A stretch of 32,000 nt of DNA from contig NC_003272.1 in NCBI RefSeq assembly GCF_000009705.1, positions 3,540,001 to 3,572,000 on the forward strand, read 5' to 3'. Source of the DNA: Nostoc sp. PCC 7120 = FACHB-418. Lineage in GTDB: Bacteria; Cyanobacteriota; Cyanobacteriia; Cyanobacteriales; Nostocaceae. Each line of letters begins with the position of its first letter. Position 1 is the stretch's first letter. A program made the position numbers and the translations under genes. The notes under the pieces were generated by a model, which did not search any database, was not told the origin of the DNA, and saw nothing but the letters and a program-made list of their open reading frames with translations. Shown here piece by piece: positions 23,275 through 31,451 of the stretch.

Positions 23275-23574
23275 TCAGTGATAATCTGTAATCTCTATGT
23301 TGAAGGGCTTAAGAAAATCATCAGGCCAGTTAAAACAAATTCTCCACTGCTCATTAATTCGGATACTGTACTGACCTTTTCTATCGCCTCCTAATGACTC
23401 AAAACGATTACTTGGTAGTTGCATTAGCACTTCCTTATTAGGGGCTGCATCTATAATATCTAATCGTTTTTGTGCTTGTCTCTCAAAAGATTGAAACTCT
23501 TTAACCCTTTCTCCTAAAGCAAATTTCTCCGTCCTTTTATCTTTATATTTAGGGTATTCATCTGATGGAGACAT
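23275..23574 (-). CDS. higB: HigB-family (RelE/ParE superfamily) toxin, plasmid-maintenance-killer type
   Basis: 99 aa. ...RLDIIDAAPNKEVLMQLPSNRFESLGGDRKGQYSIRINEQWRICFNW... The toxin-first gene order is typical of higBA. Confidence 0.85.
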   Translation of the reverse strand: MSPSDEYPKYKDKRTEKFALGERVKEFQSFERQAQKRLDIIDAAPNKEVLMQLPSNRFESLGGDRKGQYSIRINEQWRICFNWPDDFLKPFNIEITDYH

Positions 23575-23808
23575 ATTAAATGGTTATGTAATAATAGTTA
23601 TGTGTTACGTAACCCATAATAATCTTAGCACAAAAAATTAATCCGATCGCCTCTATCGTCACCAACGCAACAACTGTTGTCTTACATAGATAAAATCCGT
23701 GCTTTGCAAGTGTCACCTGAGCTAAAATCAACAGGAGAAGCTATATGCTGGGTAAATTGGGAATAGATCCAGAAGACTTTTCTGTAAAAACCTGACCCAC
23801 AAACGGTA

Positions 23809-24291
23809 ATGAACAGCTACTATCAAGACTTCTTAATTCGTAACTGGCAAAAAAGCGATCGCACTAAAGCCTCCTCAGTCATCAGTTACGTATTATCAGA
23901 ATACGGTTTAGGTTGGGAACCCAAAGGTGCAGACCGCGATGTGTTGCAAGTAGAAGAATGTTACTTAGCAACTGGGGGTGAGTTTTGGGTAATTGAACAC
24001 CAAAGCCAAATAGTAGGTACTGGGGCATACTACCCTGTAAATCGCGGGGAAAAGGCTGTAGAAATCAGGAAAATGTATCTTTTACCCAGTGTTAGGGGTT
24101 TGGGTTTGGGGAAATATTTGTTACAACAGTTAGAAGCAGCGATCACCTCTCGTGGTTTTCAAGAAATTTGGATTGAAACAGCCAGTGTTTTGGTAGAAGC
24201 AGTCAAGCTATATGAAAATCATGGCTACCAACCAGCCACGGGAGTGGAAACAACGCGGTGCGATCGCGTCTATGTCAAATTCCTCAAGTAG
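23809..24291 (+). CDS. GNAT family N-acetyltransferase
   Basis: 160 aa. Acetyl-CoA motif VRGLGLGKYLL (R-x-x-G-x-G) in the expected position. Confidence 0.85.
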   Translation: MNSYYQDFLIRNWQKSDRTKASSVISYVLSEYGLGWEPKGADRDVLQVEECYLATGGEFWVIEHQSQIVGTGAYYPVNRGEKAVEIRKMYLLPSVRGLGLGKYLLQQLEAAITSRGFQEIWIETASVLVEAVKLYENHGYQPATGVETTRCDRVYVKFLK

Positions 24292-24297
24292 CTTTAA

Positions 24298-24987
24298 ATG
24301 CCAACATGGAGTCGCCACTTTCAAGGTCTGCTTGACCTGTTTTTGCAATCTAACTGTCCTCTGTGTCAAAGACCTACATCTACTGAATTGTGTCCTAACT
24401 GCACCAGACAATTACAAAAATGCCATCATAAACACCCTCATGCTTTGTGGAAACAGCCGATACCCGTATTTAGCTGGGGTTTGTATGGTGGTACTCTCAA
24501 ACGAGCGATCGCACTGATGAAGTACGATAATCAACCCCAAATTGCCCGTCCTTTGGGACAATGGCTAGGAGAAACTTGGTTGTTACATTCTCTTCATCAA
24601 ACAACACAAATTTTAGTTGTACCGATCCCACTCCACCCCAGCAAGCAAAAACAAAGAGGATACAATCAAGCAGCCTTAATTGCTCAAAGCTTTTGCCAAA
24701 CAACTGGACTAAAATTGCAACTAAATGGTTTGGCGAGAGTGCGCCAGACAACAGCGCAGTTTGGTTTATCAGTATCTGAACGAGAAAATAACTTGGCTGA
24801 AGCTTTTGCAATTGGTCAAGATTTTCGTCATAGCTGCCCAAAAAGCCCAGTATTGTTAATAGATGATATTTACACCACTGGTGCTACTGTTAAATCTGCC
24901 GTGCAGATACTGCGTCAAAATGAAATCACTGTCTTAGGGTTAGCAACTACAGCCAGTGCTGTAAAAGATAGATACATCAAAAATTAA
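24298..24987 (+). CDS. ComF family protein (phosphoribosyltransferase domain)
   Basis: 229 aa. N-terminal zinc ribbon CPLC...CPNC and C-terminal PRTase motif VLLIDDIYTTGATV. Confidence 0.85.
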   Translation: MPTWSRHFQGLLDLFLQSNCPLCQRPTSTELCPNCTRQLQKCHHKHPHALWKQPIPVFSWGLYGGTLKRAIALMKYDNQPQIARPLGQWLGETWLLHSLHQTTQILVVPIPLHPSKQKQRGYNQAALIAQSFCQTTGLKLQLNGLARVRQTTAQFGLSVSERENNLAEAFAIGQDFRHSCPKSPVLLIDDIYTTGATVKSAVQILRQNEITVLGLATTASAVKDRYIKN

Positions 24988-25055
24988 TGGCAAGCTATCT
25001 CTGGGAAATCTATAATTAACCAAACCACCCAGTTGTTGTGGGAACATCACTTACA

Positions 25056-25514
25056 ATGATCAGTAAATTTCTGACTAAAAATTTCACAAGAATAAATATA
25101 TTTCCCGCTACGTTAATGGCAATTGCCATCAGTACAACAGCAGCATTTGCTCAAAGTAAGTTGTACAGTCCTATCTTGTTGACTGAGTTTAAAGAACTTT
25201 CTGATGCGCTTTCAGATAAAGACATTCCCACAGGTCAGGGTGGATTTGCCCGTGACTATGCGGTCAAGCTGAATAAGGGGGATAATCTAGCAGTTGATTT
25301 ATCTTCAGAAAGTTTTGACAGTATCATCACACTACTTGCACCTGATGGCTCAACATTAGCAGAAAATGATGACGGCCCCGATGGCACTAGCAATTCTCTA
25401 CTGTTTACCCGCATCAATGAAACAGGGACTTTTATTATTCGTGTCCGGTCTTTTGGTGAAACTGGGGTTGGGCCTTTTAAACTCAAGGTGACTAAGTTGC
25501 AACCAATGAAATAA
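25056..25514 (+). CDS. Secreted protein with a pre-peptidase C-terminal (PPC)-like domain
   Basis: 152 aa from ATG 25056 (the track start at 25038 is GTG). Signal peptide ...AISTTAAFA|QS. Core GDNLAVDLSSESFDSIITLLAPDGSTLAENDDGPDGTSNSLL...GTFIIRVRSFG is typical of the PPC/bacterial collagenase pre-peptidase fold. Confidence 0.7.
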   Translation: MISKFLTKNFTRINIFPATLMAIAISTTAAFAQSKLYSPILLTEFKELSDALSDKDIPTGQGGFARDYAVKLNKGDNLAVDLSSESFDSIITLLAPDGSTLAENDDGPDGTSNSLLFTRINETGTFIIRVRSFGETGVGPFKLKVTKLQPMK

Positions 25515-25578
25515 ATAGCAAAATCATACTAATTTGTAATTCAGAAAGACTGGTATGAGGTGTTATGGCTGTTGACGG

Positions 25579-25616
25579 TTGACAGGCTTGAAAGCCTTGT
25601 GTTGTCAAGGTTTTGT
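25579..25616 (+). terminator. Putative terminator of the PPC-domain gene
   Basis: TTGACA-GGCTT-GAA-AGCCT-tgtgt-TGTCAA, a stem with an internal bulge, followed by GGTTTTGTCTT. Confidence 0.45.
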
Positions 25617-25671
25617 CTTAGCTTGATGTCTTAACCTATTTGGCTACGGCTATAATTGCAGATGTTACATC

Positions 25672-25700
25672 AAAAAGGCTCAAGCATTCTTGCCTGAGCC
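25672..25700 (-). terminator. Putative terminator of the rbp gene
   Basis: On the minus strand: GGCTCAGG-CAAGAATG-CTTGAGCC followed by TTTTT, about 110 nt downstream of the rbp stop. Confidence 0.5.
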
Positions 25701-25810
25701 GATATTTAGTGATAAGTTTTGTTCAAAAGGAGCATTAAAATTTTGGGAAGTTAGGAGGTAGAAATAACTACTTCTTCATTCCCTGTTCTCCACTTCAAAT
25801 CTATATTTTC

Positions 25811-26122
25811 TTAATAGCGGTTACGGAAGTTGTTGTTGCTGCGATTGCCGCCAAAGGAACCCCTAGAACCGCCTCTGTCTTCTCTGGGTTTAGCCTTATT
25901 TACTTTAAGGTCGCGTCCCATCCACTCAGCACCGTCAAGTGCTTCAATTGCTGCTGTTTCTTCTGCATCACTGCCCATTTCCACGAATCCAAAGCCGCGT
26001 ACACGGCCGGTTTCACGGTCTACAGGTAGCTGAACCCGCTTTACAGAACCATATTCTGCAAATACGGCATTCAAGCTTTCTTCTGTAACGTCGTAAGAAA
26101 GATTACCAACATAAATAGACAT
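25811..26122 (-). CDS. RRM-type RNA-binding protein with a Gly/Arg-rich C-terminus (cyanobacterial Rbp class)
   Basis: 103 aa from ATG 26122 (the track start is TTG). RNP2 IYVGNL and RNP1 RGFGFVEM. GGAGA SD 8 nt upstream of the ATG. Confidence 0.9.
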   Translation of the reverse strand: MSIYVGNLSYDVTEESLNAVFAEYGSVKRVQLPVDRETGRVRGFGFVEMGSDAEETAAIEALDGAEWMGRDLKVNKAKPREDRGGSRGSFGGNRSNNNFRNRY

Positions 26123-26179
26123 ATTTATTGTCTCCAAAATCAGAAGTGTCTAGGGATTGAGATTTCGGAGAAATGTCTG

Positions 26180-26207
26180 TAAATACCAAAAGGGAAAAGC
26201 CTGTCAA
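26180..26207 (-). promoter_or_regulatory. Putative sigma70-type promoter of rbp
   Basis: On the minus strand: TTGACA (26207-26202), a 16-nt spacer, then TATTTA (26185-26180). This would give a 5'UTR of about 50 nt. Confidence 0.35.
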
Positions 26208-26295
26208 TACTCAAAACAAACGCGGTCGCCGAATTAATTCTCATCTCTTAGTATGACATAGCAACACAAAATCCGGGGAAGTTGACAGAAAAATT

Positions 26296-27090
26296 TTAAA
26301 TGGCTTCGATAACTAGGCGATCGTTGAGAGGTTGCACTGGACGTGCGTTTTGGGGAAACATTTGACTAAACTTAGCTATCTGTGCAGGAGAGGCTTCGAT
26401 AGGTGTCGCCATTACGCACCAGAGAACATTTTCTGAACAGGGTGGGGTTGTCAGAGAGCCAGAATAAGTAAAAAATCTGTGTTGTGCTGGGAGAAATTGG
26501 GAAGCGTCTATATTTATATCCTCTATTCTTTTGTCTGTTCCTTGGTTTTGAGGTGTGGCATCCCAGATAATTTGCAGCGTCGGGTTAAATGCTCCTGCTT
26601 GCAAGAAAATACCCATAACGGCTAAGTCGCCAGATTTACTCCGGTGAACTAAATGGAGTTCCATATCATATAATTTCCCATCAACCCGATGTTCGCTGAA
26701 GTGATGAAAGTGAAACTGAAGCAGCTCAAATTTTTGGTGAGCATACTTGAGATAACTGCCTGGTTGATAGTTGACTTGGACTGTTTTACCGTTGTTGATT
26801 AGGTGTAATGCCGTTGGCTGATAATTGGTAACTAACAAATCTTGACTGCTGCTGTGGACATCTTTCACATCTGCAATCTGCAAATCAATCGGCGTTTGTT
26901 TTCTGCCTATTTGGCAAAGGGCAAAGTCAGGGGAAAGCTCACCCCAATGCTCTGGGCCTACTTTGCCGATATATCCCCAGTTTACCGTTTTTGCCCTAGC
27001 TGGAGATGTGACACAACTAGAAAATGAGGTTCCCAAGACACTCATACCCAATAATTTCAGTAGTTGCCTTCGATATAAAGTACTACTCAT
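26296..27090 (-). CDS. ecaA: Alpha-class carbonic anhydrase, exported
   Basis: 264 aa. RR-containing signal (YRRQLLKLLGMSVLG...ARA|K). Alpha-CA hallmarks NWGY, QFHFHHFSEH (two Zn His), ELHLVH (third His) and GSLTTPPCSE. Confidence 0.9.
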   Translation of the reverse strand: MSSTLYRRQLLKLLGMSVLGTSFSSCVTSPARAKTVNWGYIGKVGPEHWGELSPDFALCQIGRKQTPIDLQIADVKDVHSSSQDLLVTNYQPTALHLINNGKTVQVNYQPGSYLKYAHQKFELLQFHFHHFSEHRVDGKLYDMELHLVHRSKSGDLAVMGIFLQAGAFNPTLQIIWDATPQNQGTDKRIEDINIDASQFLPAQHRFFTYSGSLTTPPCSENVLWCVMATPIEASPAQIAKFSQMFPQNARPVQPLNDRLVIEAI

Positions 27091-27118
27091 TTCCCTGCGG
27101 TTGAAACATACTGCGATA

Positions 27119-27487
27119 TTAAACTAAACGTTGCAAACGGCTGAGACGTTCTGAGTAATTTCTCAAGACATTGAGAGCAAACATTGGTGTTTCTTGGACA
27201 GCGAATAAGAACCTTTTCTCATCTAAGTAAGCTAGTTGACAATCAGTTTTAGCGATCGCTGTATAGTTCCGATGATTCACTCCTACTAATATACCTGTAC
27301 CGAAGATTTCTCCAGCCTCTATTGTTTCTACAACCTTACCGTTGATCAATAAATCAACAGTTCCTTCTACAATACCGTACATATAATCACCCGCTTGTCC
27401 TTCTTCAAAGATGACTTGACCTGCTGAAAATACCTGAGGATTGGGTTGCTTTTGAAAGATGGCGATCGTCACTACAGGACTTAACAT
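27119..27487 (-). CDS. Stand-alone cyclic-nucleotide-binding (CAP effector-type) domain protein
   Basis: About 122 aa from ATG 27487 (GTG at 27493 is possible). Beta-barrel pattern FSAGQVIFEEGQAGDYMYGIVEGTVDL...GEIFGTGILVGVNHRNYTAIAKT. No DNA-binding or other output domain. The stop lies 28 nt before the ecaA ATG. Confidence 0.75.
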   Translation of the reverse strand: MLSPVVTIAIFQKQPNPQVFSAGQVIFEEGQAGDYMYGIVEGTVDLLINGKVVETIEAGEIFGTGILVGVNHRNYTAIAKTDCQLAYLDEKRFLFAVQETPMFALNVLRNYSERLSRLQRLV

Positions 27488-27718
27488 AAGCACAAACCTA
27501 GATTTTTTATTTTTAGCTCCAGCCTTTGGACAGGCAATATCAGAGCAGGAAAAATTATACTACTTTCTGTTGAGGCATCAGCCCCGAAATATGTTTATTA
27601 GTATCTAAATTCAACATTTATGCTGTATAAAAATTGACAAGTACTGAAAAAGGTTTGTGGCAATTTGGCAGTTGAAAGACTTTAAACGCTGTTATTTTTT
27701 ATATATGCAAGGAGTGTA

Positions 27719-27758
27719 GCAGAAGTTAGCCCAATCTAACAGTTAGGCTGACTTCTGC
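27719..27758 (-). terminator. Hairpin downstream of the VOC gene (possible terminator)
   Basis: GCAGAAGTTAGCC (27719-27731) / GGCTGACTTCTGC (27746-27758), a 13-bp stem with one mismatch. There is no clean T-run. Confidence 0.35.
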
Positions 27759-27798
27759 GCCTTTACTAACATTAATCAACTAGAAATTTTAATATTTT

Positions 27799-28275
27799 TT
27801 ATTTGCTAGTTCCTGATTGTGGGTCGCAGCGAATTTCAATCATGAAGCCGTCGGGGTCGTAGAAGTAAACACCTCTACCAGTTGGACGAGTGACGGGGCC
27901 ATGAGCGATCGCAATTTTATTTTCTCGCACAACTGCCACTGCTTGCTCAAATAACCCAGGATCAATATCAAATGCTAAATGGTAGGCTCTAGTAAAACTT
28001 TGTTCTGGGTCTGGGTTTGCTGGTGTTAAATCAGGTGTCCAAAATAAGTCTAGAATTGTACCGTCGGGGGTGGCGAAGTTAGCAACTTTTCCAGTGGCGA
28101 CAAGTTCCACCAAAGTAGCTGGTACTTCATCGCCTGTGAGTTCATATAATCCCAGGATAGTACCGTAAAAATGGCGGGAAGCCTGCATATCTTTAACATT
28201 AAGAGCAATATGATGCACTCTACGCAGATTACCCGGTGAAAGCACGCTGTTTAGGGATTGAGCAGTAGTTACCAT
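27799..28275 (-). CDS. VOC family protein (glyoxalase/extradiol-dioxygenase-like)
   Basis: 158 aa. HHIALNVKDMQASRHFYGTILGL ... YFYDPDGFMIEI. Confidence 0.8.
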   Translation of the reverse strand: MVTTAQSLNSVLSPGNLRRVHHIALNVKDMQASRHFYGTILGLYELTGDEVPATLVELVATGKVANFATPDGTILDLFWTPDLTPANPDPEQSFTRAYHLAFDIDPGLFEQAVAVVRENKIAIAHGPVTRPTGRGVYFYDPDGFMIEIRCDPQSGTSK

Positions 28276-28563
28276 AGCAGCAGAAATTTCCCTACATAGA
28301 TGTAAGTGTAACTATATTTTGAGAGTTTATTATCCATGATAAAAAACAATCATGGCTTTTAAAGCTGAATCAGCAGCAATATTTAAACCAATTCGCAATA
28401 GCCTGCGGTATCTCTTACGAGAGGCTAACGCCAACGCCATTCGCTTTTTCCGTGTTGTAATGGGGATTTAGCGCAAAGTCAGAGCGGAGGTTTCCTCCGT
28501 ATGAACTTTGTAAGACAGACCCCGCCACAACACTTGCGGCTTGATAGAAGCCGGGGATTTAAA

Positions 28564-28720
28564 CCCCTAAACCAATACGGTTCGGTTAAGAGATTTCTTG
28601 GTTAAGGCAGGTAGGGGAAGTAAGGGGAGAAGAGAAGCAGGGGAAGAGAAACATTATGAAAATAACCTCTTTTCCTCCCCTGCCTCCTCTGCTTATCCGA
28701 ACCGTATTGACCCCTAAACC
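28564..28720. mobile_element. MITE-like palindromic element with 12-bp terminal inverted repeats and a 10-bp direct (target-site) duplication
   Basis: CCCCTAAACC (28564-28573) | AATACGGTTCGG (28574-28585) ... CCGAACCGTATT (28697-28708) | GA | CCCCTAAACC (28711-28720). The interior is an imperfect purine-rich/pyrimidine-rich hairpin (GGCAGGTAGGGGAAG.../...CCTCCCCTGCCTCC). Confidence 0.7.
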
Positions 28721-28925
28721 CCATATTTCCAAATTCCTGGGAACTGTCTCCAGTTGAGTAACCGTCATAGGCGGGAAGAGAAAGAACTATCAGGAGTAAT
28801 GTGTGATGAGTTTCTAATTTCTGCCTCTCCTCGAAAAGCAAATCTTGCTCCCGTATGCTTACCCTTTTCATTCTGGTGTAACGTGGTTAACAATAGGTTG
28901 AACATATTTTAAGGAATTCAACCTT

Positions 28926-29180
28926 ATGCCTAGAACTCCAAACGAATACGCCGTACACATGATGTTGGAAAGTGGTCATCGAGAAGAAGTACGGTTTCCC
29001 ACTATTCAGGAATTCCAAAAATGGTATAGTGGCGAACTAGTACCCAAATCTGGTTCTAGTGATTTTATTAGCGTACCCATCAAGAATATTCAAGGGGAGT
29101 ATATGGTTGTGCGCCCTTCCCGGATTGTAGCGATCCGAGTAGAACCTGTTTTTAGTTCTAGTGTTGAAAGATTCAACTAA
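28926..29180 (+). CDS. Conserved hypothetical small protein (84 aa), translationally abutting mltA
   Basis: ATG with an AAGGA upstream. The stop TAA (29178-29180) is immediately followed by the mltA ATG (29181). No recognisable motif. Confidence 0.6.
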   Translation: MPRTPNEYAVHMMLESGHREEVRFPTIQEFQKWYSGELVPKSGSSDFISVPIKNIQGEYMVVRPSRIVAIRVEPVFSSSVERFN

Positions 29181-30413
29181 ATGATAAGAAAAACCCTTGC
29201 TTTGTTTTCCTTAAGTCTGGGAATTGCTTTGGTAAATCCGATCGCAGTAGCCCAGGTGATTGATGTCCCGTCACCACTCCCTAGCAATCCTCAACTACCG
29301 TCGCCTGTAACTCGAACTCCCCTTAAACTTGTAGAAATTGGTAACAACTGTGTTACCCAAAATCCTTGTTTGGGTTTCGATGAGCAAATTTTTGGTGTAG
29401 GTAGAGCCAGTGACCGCAAAGCGCTATTAGCAGCCATAGACAACAGTTTGCGTTACTTACAAACGAATACCGCCAAACGAATTTATCAGAATTATCCAGT
29501 CAGAGGAATTACCCTGAGTCGGGTACGGCGGAGTTTGTTACGTTTCCGTCAACTAGTTGTCAATTCTAGAACTCCCGCCCAGTTGCAAGCTGCGGTGCGA
29601 CGAGAGTTTGCTTTTTACCAGTCTGTAGGTAATGACGGCAAGGGTACTGTTAAGTTTACTTCTTACTATCAACCAGTTTATAGAGCTAGTCGTGTAAGAA
29701 CTTCCGTATATAAATATCCTCTATATCGATTACCATCTAATTTCCAGCAATGGTCTAAACCACACCCAACAAGGCTGGAACTGGAAGGTGAAGACGGTTT
29801 ACAAGGGCATACAGGCCCATTGCGTGGCTCAGAATTGCTGTGGTTTAGCGATCGCCTAGATGCGTACATGGTACAAATTCAAGGTTCTGCCCAAATTCAA
29901 TTAACTAATGGACAGCGAACCGCGATCGGCTATGCAGGTGGAACCGATTATCCTTGGACTAGTATTGGGCGAGAACTGGCCAAAGATGGCAAACTTCCCT
30001 TATCTGGGATGACTATGCCAAAAATGATCAGTTTCTTCCGCCAACAACCAGAGGAATTAAATAACTACTTACCACGTTGGGAAAGATTTGTTTTCTTCCA
30101 AGAAACTGGTAGTAGGCCAGCTACTGGTAGTATCAACGTACCAGTAACCCCAGAACGTTCTATTGCCACAGATAAATCTTTAATGCCTCCGGGCGCACTA
30201 GCACTTGTTCATACTTCTATTCCCTTTCCCGTCGCTGGTGGAAGAATGGAGTATCGCACTGTCAGCCGCTATGTATTAGATCAAGATACTGGTAATGCGA
30301 TCAAAGGCCCAGGAAGAGTAGATTACTTCATGGGAACTGGGAAACAAGCAGGCGATCGCGCAGGTGTTACAGGTGGCCATGGTTCACTCTATTATTTGTT
30401 GTTGAGGAAATAG
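29181..30413 (+). CDS. mltA: Murein lytic transglycosylase A (MltA domain plus 3D domain)
   Basis: 410 aa with a signal peptide. The MltA-like YYQPVYRASR...YPLYRLP...MVQIQGSAQIQLTNGQ...IGYAGGT precedes the 3D-domain ATD...ALA...DTGNAIKGPGRVDYFMGTG. Confidence 0.85.
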   Translation: MIRKTLALFSLSLGIALVNPIAVAQVIDVPSPLPSNPQLPSPVTRTPLKLVEIGNNCVTQNPCLGFDEQIFGVGRASDRKALLAAIDNSLRYLQTNTAKRIYQNYPVRGITLSRVRRSLLRFRQLVVNSRTPAQLQAAVRREFAFYQSVGNDGKGTVKFTSYYQPVYRASRVRTSVYKYPLYRLPSNFQQWSKPHPTRLELEGEDGLQGHTGPLRGSELLWFSDRLDAYMVQIQGSAQIQLTNGQRTAIGYAGGTDYPWTSIGRELAKDGKLPLSGMTMPKMISFFRQQPEELNNYLPRWERFVFFQETGSRPATGSINVPVTPERSIATDKSLMPPGALALVHTSIPFPVAGGRMEYRTVSRYVLDQDTGNAIKGPGRVDYFMGTGKQAGDRAGVTGGHGSLYYLLLRK

Positions 30414-30446
30414 GCCAGGAAACAGGGAGCAGGGGAGAATAACAAC

Positions 30447-31451
30447 TCAACACTCACAATTCCCCACTCCCCATTCTCCATTTCCCACTTTCATACATTC
30501 AAATAGATGTAAGCCTAACTGCTGAGAAAGTTCTTCGCACACCTTCACTCCTCGCACACTGTTACCTCGAATATCTAAAGGTGGAGAAAACACGGCAATT
30601 CCCATCAGATTCGGAACAACTGCCATAATTCCCCCACAAACGCCGCTTTTTGCCGGAATACCGACTTTATAAGCCCACTCTCCAGCAAAGTTGTACATCC
30701 CACAGGTGTACATGACGCTGAGGATATCTTTTATATATCTACTATTTACCGCTTGTTCTCCTGTGATTGGGTTCACACCCCTGTTCGCCAAGGTAGCGGC
30801 CATCACCGCCAGATCGTGACAGTTAACCATCACAGCGCATTGCTGAAAATATAGGTCTAATGCTTCTTCTATATTTCTATCTATCATGCCAAAGTTGAGC
30901 ATGAGATGTGCCATCGCCCGATTACGGTGTCCTGTACTGCGTTCGGAGGTAAATACGGAAATATCAACAAACACATCATGACCAATATATCGGCGAAACA
31001 TTTCTAGTACCCGATTGAGGCGTTCCGTTGCCCCAGCCCCTTTGATTAAACTAGTGGTGGCGATCGCCCCAGCATTGACCATTGGGTTATAAGGTCGCTT
31101 CGACTGCTCATCCAAAATAATCGCGTTAAATGCTTCCCCTGTTGGTTCTACACCAACCCTAGTCAACACATAATCCCGTCCATGATCTTCTAACGCTAGT
31201 CCGTAGGCGAAAACTTTAGAAATAGACTGGATAGTAAATAGTTGTTGATAATCTCCTACCTGATAAACCTGACCATCCACTGTAACGATGGAAATACTAA
31301 ACAGGTCTGGGTTGACTTTGGCCAGCTCTGGTATGTAGTTCGCTACTATCCCCTCTTTGAGTGACTTGTATTTAGAATGCAAATCGTTGATCACCTTTAA
31401 TAGGGGAGAGGGACGTATTTCTAAATCTCCTTGATTGGCTTGATCGCTCAT
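30447..31451 (-). CDS. glsA: Glutaminase A
   Basis: 334 aa. Serine beta-lactamase-like fold with the catalytic S-x-x-K in [10 protein letters not shown], plus NPMVNAGAI and [10 protein letters not shown] motifs. The last ~17 aa ([17 protein letters not shown]) are encoded by a repeat-like sequence. Confidence 0.9.
   Translation of the reverse strand: MSDQANQGDLEIRPSPLLKVINDLHSKYKSLKEGIVANYIPELAKVNPDLFSISIVTVDGQVYQVGDYQQLFTIQSISKVFAYGLALEDHGRDYVLTRVGVEPTGEAFNAIILDEQSKRPYNPMVNAGAIATTSLIKGAGATERLNRVLEMFRRYIGHDVFVDISVFTSERSTGHRNRAMAHLMLNFGMIDRNIEEALDLYFQQCAVMVNCHDLAVMAATLANRGVNPITGEQAVNSRYIKDILSVMYTCGMYNFAGEWAYKVGIPAKSGVCGGIMAVVPNLMGIAVFSPPLDIRGNSVRGVKVCEELSQQLGLHLFECMKVGNGEWGVGNCEC

Noticed and set aside
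22970-23574. higBA as part of a larger defence or prophage island
   Set aside because: No integrase, recombinase, phage structural gene or other defence gene is adjacent. I treat it as an ordinary chromosomal type II TA pair.
28586-28871. 60-aa and 89-aa minus-strand ORFs in the 28.3-28.9 kb spacer
   Set aside because: They are translations of the purine/pyrimidine-rich MITE hairpin (low-complexity GRGGKE/LPLLLFSP). They overlap each other and have no start context.
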